From Ranitomeya imitator (Eukaryota), in contig NC_091287.1 of the NCBI RefSeq assembly GCF_032444005.1, forward strand, positions 503,936,001 through 504,000,000: DNA of 64,000 bases, given 5' to 3'. How positions within the stretch are numbered: position 1 is the first letter of the stretch; each line of letters begins with the position of its first letter. This document shows positions 60,470 to 64,000 of the stretch, in pieces. The notes under the pieces were generated by a model, which did not search any database, was not told the origin of the DNA, and saw nothing but the letters and a program-made list of their open reading frames with translations. A program made the position numbers and the translations under genes.

Positions 60470-60947
60470 AGTAACCTAGTTAGTAAGGCCGAAAAAAGAC
60501 ATTTGTCCATCCAGTTCAGCCTATATTCCATCATAATAAATCCCCAGATCTACGTCCTTCTACAGAACCTAATAATTGTATGATACAATATTGTTCTGCT
60601 CCAGGAAGACATCCAGGCCTCTCTTGAACCCCTCGACTGAGTTCGCCATCACCACCTCCTCAGGCAAGCAATTCCAGATTCTCACTGCCCTAACAGTAAA
60701 GAATCCTCTTCTATGTTGGTGGAAAAACCTTCTCTCCTCCAGACGCAAAGAATGCCCCCTTGTGCCCGTCACCTTCCTTGGTATAAACAGATCCTCAGCG
60801 AGATATTTGTATTGTCCCCTTATATACTTATACATGGTTATTAGATCGCCCCTCAGTCGTCTTTTTTCTAGACTAAATAATCCTAATTTCGCTAATCTAT
60901 CTGGGTATTGTAGATCTCGCATCCCCTTTATTAATTTTGTTGCCCTT
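60470..60947 (-). mobile_element. CR1 copy 3, short 3' fragment
   Basis: Matches the 3' end of 39107-42520. Confidence 0.9.
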
Positions 60948-61660
60948 TGTTTTGAGCCTGTTCTCATCATGAGTGTGCCATCTTCTTCTTTTATTCTAAA
61001 CAAGGGGAAAAATAATGTTGCATCTCCTAACTTGAGTGATTAAAAAACGGACACTAAAGTTCTTGCATTAAAGAAAAATGTGAAAAATGGATGTCACGCT
61101 GATAGTAAAAACAGGCACACAAATGAAAAATGGATACTGTCAATTCAGATACTATCCAGATGAGACTGTCCATTTTAGGACAGGTGCAGACGAGTGTATT
61201 TTCGGTCAGAGTGCGATCCAACCATACATCGGACCAATGAGGCCATGCAGGCATTCAATATTTTACTCAGTCTGCCCGAGGAAAAAAAATTGCTGTATGC
61301 CCGAGTTTGATCTGATATTCGGATCGTACTTTACCTTGCAAGTCCATGGAAACCATCGCACTGCACTCAGGTGACATCTGAGTGCAGTCCGATATCAGTG
61401 CACTGACAGAATGGAGAAGATGTTGATATTGGATTTTCACGTTTTCTTAATCGCATTTACAGAACTATAATGTAAACATTTGCGCTGAGGTCGGCCAGCG
61501 TCTATGAAGTGTTTTCACAGGTGTGGATGTGTTTATTTTCACTGGTGATTCCTACGTGTCACATTGTAATGACAGGAGCGAGACTTCCATGATCTATAAT
61601 TTTAAGCCTTTTTTTTTTTTATGTTGTAAGGAACAAGAGATCACCGAGAAGCAACACCGT

Positions 61661-61803
61661 GCCTCATTTATCAAAACTATCTTTTGTCAGCCATAGCAAC
61701 CAATCAGAGCTCTGCTTTCATTTGTAAAAGTACTCTGGATAAATGAAAGCTGTGCTGTGATTGGTTGCTATTGGCAACCAAGACTGTTTTGAGAAATGAG
61801 GCC
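61661..61803. mobile_element. Small palindromic MITE
   Basis: GCCTCATTTATCAAAAC / GTTTTGAGAAATGAGGC; internal CAACCAATCAG / GTGATTGGTTG. Confidence 0.65.
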
Positions 61804-61966
61804 TATTTTGTTCCGTTGCTTACTTGTTGTATTCTGCCACTATAATATGGACGACTTTCAGCATCTGTAGCAGAAGTGCAACACTCAAACCCTACTGAAC
61901 CAAACTTGGATCTCCACAGGGTTTCGTGGCGACCTAAGCTTGGTTCAATGAAAAGCCTGTGGGTAA

Positions 61967-62336
61967 GGCTACTTTCACACTAGCGTCGGCCCGTCGCAGT
62001 GCGTCGGGCCGACACATCCTGGGACAACGCAGCACAACGGGGGCAGCGGATGCAGTTGTACAACGCATCCGCTGGCCCATTGTGAGTTGCGGGGAGGAGG
62101 GGGCGGAGTTCCGGCTGCGCATGCGCGGTCGGAAATGGCGGACACGACGCACAAAAAAACGTTACATGTAACATTTTTTTGTTCCAACGGTCCGCCGCAA
62201 CCGTCGCACGACGGTTGCGACGTGTGGCAATGCGTCGCTAATGTTAGTCTATGGGGAAAAAAACGCATCCTGTCAAAGTTGTCTCCAAAACGACGCATTG
62301 CGACGTGCGTCGTACGACGCTAGTGTGAAAGTAGCC
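61967..62336. mobile_element. Harbinger-type MITE
   Basis: TIR GGCTACTTTCACACTAGCGTCG / CGACGCTAGTGTGAAAGTAGCC, TSD TAA. Confidence 0.88.
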
Positions 62337-62545
62337 TAAAGGGGCCGGTTGTGATTGTGGGGGGGGGGTCAGTTTTGATTGTGGGGGGGTCAGTTGTTCT
62401 TCTATGAAGAGTACGGTAATTAAAAATAAATGGCCCTTATATACCGTAGTGCTGTTATAATTTACGGTACGTTACAGATCTCAAAACGTGGTCCCTTCCA
62501 TCAGCACTTGTCCAAATTTCTTTATTTTAGGCAAGTTCAAATTTA

Positions 62546-62863
62546 TTAAAGGGGTTGTCCACTTCTAGACAGCCCCCTATTAATCGGTGCAGGTGGTTGA
62601 AAAAAAAATTGATACCTTTTGGACCGGCGCTTCACCTCTCTAATCCCAGCCGGTCTGCTGAGATCAACATATAGAAGGGGGTTCATGTCCGTTCTGAAGC
62701 CAATCAGCAGACACCTATTGGGTGACATTTATGAGATGTTGATCCCGGCTGCCGAAGTAGCGCTGAGTATAAAGGCGCTCCTCCAAGCTGGTCTGACAGA
62801 TTTCGATATTTCATTTTTTTTTTTTTTACCACCTTGGACCAAGCAATGGACATCCCCTTTTAA
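62546..62863. mobile_element. T2/Kolobok-type MITE
   Basis: TTAA-AGGGGTTGTCCA ... TGGACATCCCCTT-TTAA. Confidence 0.75.
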
Positions 62864-63756
62864 ATAAAGGTTGAGAAGAATATGAATGTTTTCTTTAAGA
62901 AACTGCCACTCATGCTTAAAGTCTGAGACTGGTATTGCAGGTCTGTTCCATTCAGGTGAGAACTAGGACCAAGTATGATCCTCTGTAGATCTGAGATGGA
63001 CTCCTGATAGACGGGACAAGATGTAGTGCAGGTAGATGAATGAGATATTTGGGTTTAGATTTGCCCCGATATCATGTGGTGTCACAGGTTGTAGGATCCT
63101 CCCCGATGCTGAGACGCCTCTATCTTCTGAGTCCTAATAAAAGTATGAGATTAAACCCCTTTTTTAGACGCTGGGTATCAAGTTGTCAAAATTGACAATG
63201 CTGACAATCAGCTAATCGTTCTTTGCCTTGGGGGAAGTAACTTGCGCAAATGTCACAGCTAATCCGGCCAAGCCCCAAAAACAAAACTGGTGAAAGTAAT
63301 GTACGCGGGAACACGCGGAAGACAAGCGCAGACCTTAGCCTTGAGTATTGGGGTGTCATATTTTTATTTTCTTTGGTGGTCCAGCAATGATTGATTCATC
63401 AATGTGTGAGCTTGGCGTGCAACTACAATGAAATACATTTTTGTTTGAAAAAGCAATTTTTTTAAAATTATCGTTTTGACTCTGTTTTAGGATAATTGAC
63501 ATTGCGGCAAGACTTCATGTTACCCAGTCACATGACATTATGCCCTTGTAGCATGTGCCGTCACCGGCCCAGTATACCCAAGCCATTGCAATGCTGATTT
63601 CAGGGGAAAATCCACTTTTCAGTTGTGTGACCATAGCCCGGAGCAGAGTCGGCATCCTGCGGCACTCCTGCTGTCCTAAACCTACAAATCCCAGTATGCT
63701 TTGACAGACTGTCAGGATATGCTGGGACTTGTAGTTTCAGAACAGCTGGAGTATCA

Positions 63757-63947
63757 GGCTGCCATCACACTATTAGTATTTGGTCAGTATTTTACATCAG
63801 TATTTGTAGCCAAAACCAGGAGTGGAACAAATAGAGGAAAAGTATAATAGAAACATATGCACCACTTCTGTATTTATCACCCACTCCTGGTTTTGGCTAC
63901 AAATACTGATGTAAAATACTGACCAAATACTGAGTGTGACGACAGCC
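63757..63947. mobile_element. Small Harbinger-type MITE (next to a palindromic CTACAAATCCCAG element at ~63670-63750)
   Basis: GGCTGCCATCACAC / GTGTGACGACAGCC, TCA on both sides. Confidence 0.75.
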
Positions 63948-64000
63948 TCACACGGGGTCCTCTCCCCTCTGTACCAGTCTGTCATTGTAAATTTGTTTAC

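Overview
Eukaryotic, repeat-dominated window. The mix of CR1, L2, Neptune-type Penelope, Gypsy, hAT, Tc1, Harbinger- and T2/Kolobok-type MITEs and a V-type SINE points to an anuran amphibian (inference), with two assembly gaps. Main elements: the 5' LTR and an open gag-pro-pol ORF of a Gypsy element running off the left edge; a Tc1 relic split by nested insertions; a complete 13.76-kb hAT transposon (8-bp TSD, zf-BED/DDE transposase) that is about half internal satellite-like arrays; a young CR1 family in three copies; solo LTRs; a non-autonomous Helitron; many MITEs. Non-TE signals: a triple-CCAAT/CHR-like promoter with a first-exon donor (+ strand, ~51.3-51.6 kb) and three phase-compatible candidate small exons of an unidentified minus-strand gene. 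Best find: a five-copy ~153-155-bp tandem array (37165-37920) in which every unit carries a Type I hammerhead ribozyme motif on the minus strand (retrozyme/newt satellite-2-like), plus a related hammerhead-like motif in the 3' region of the Penelope element, its plausible mobilising family.
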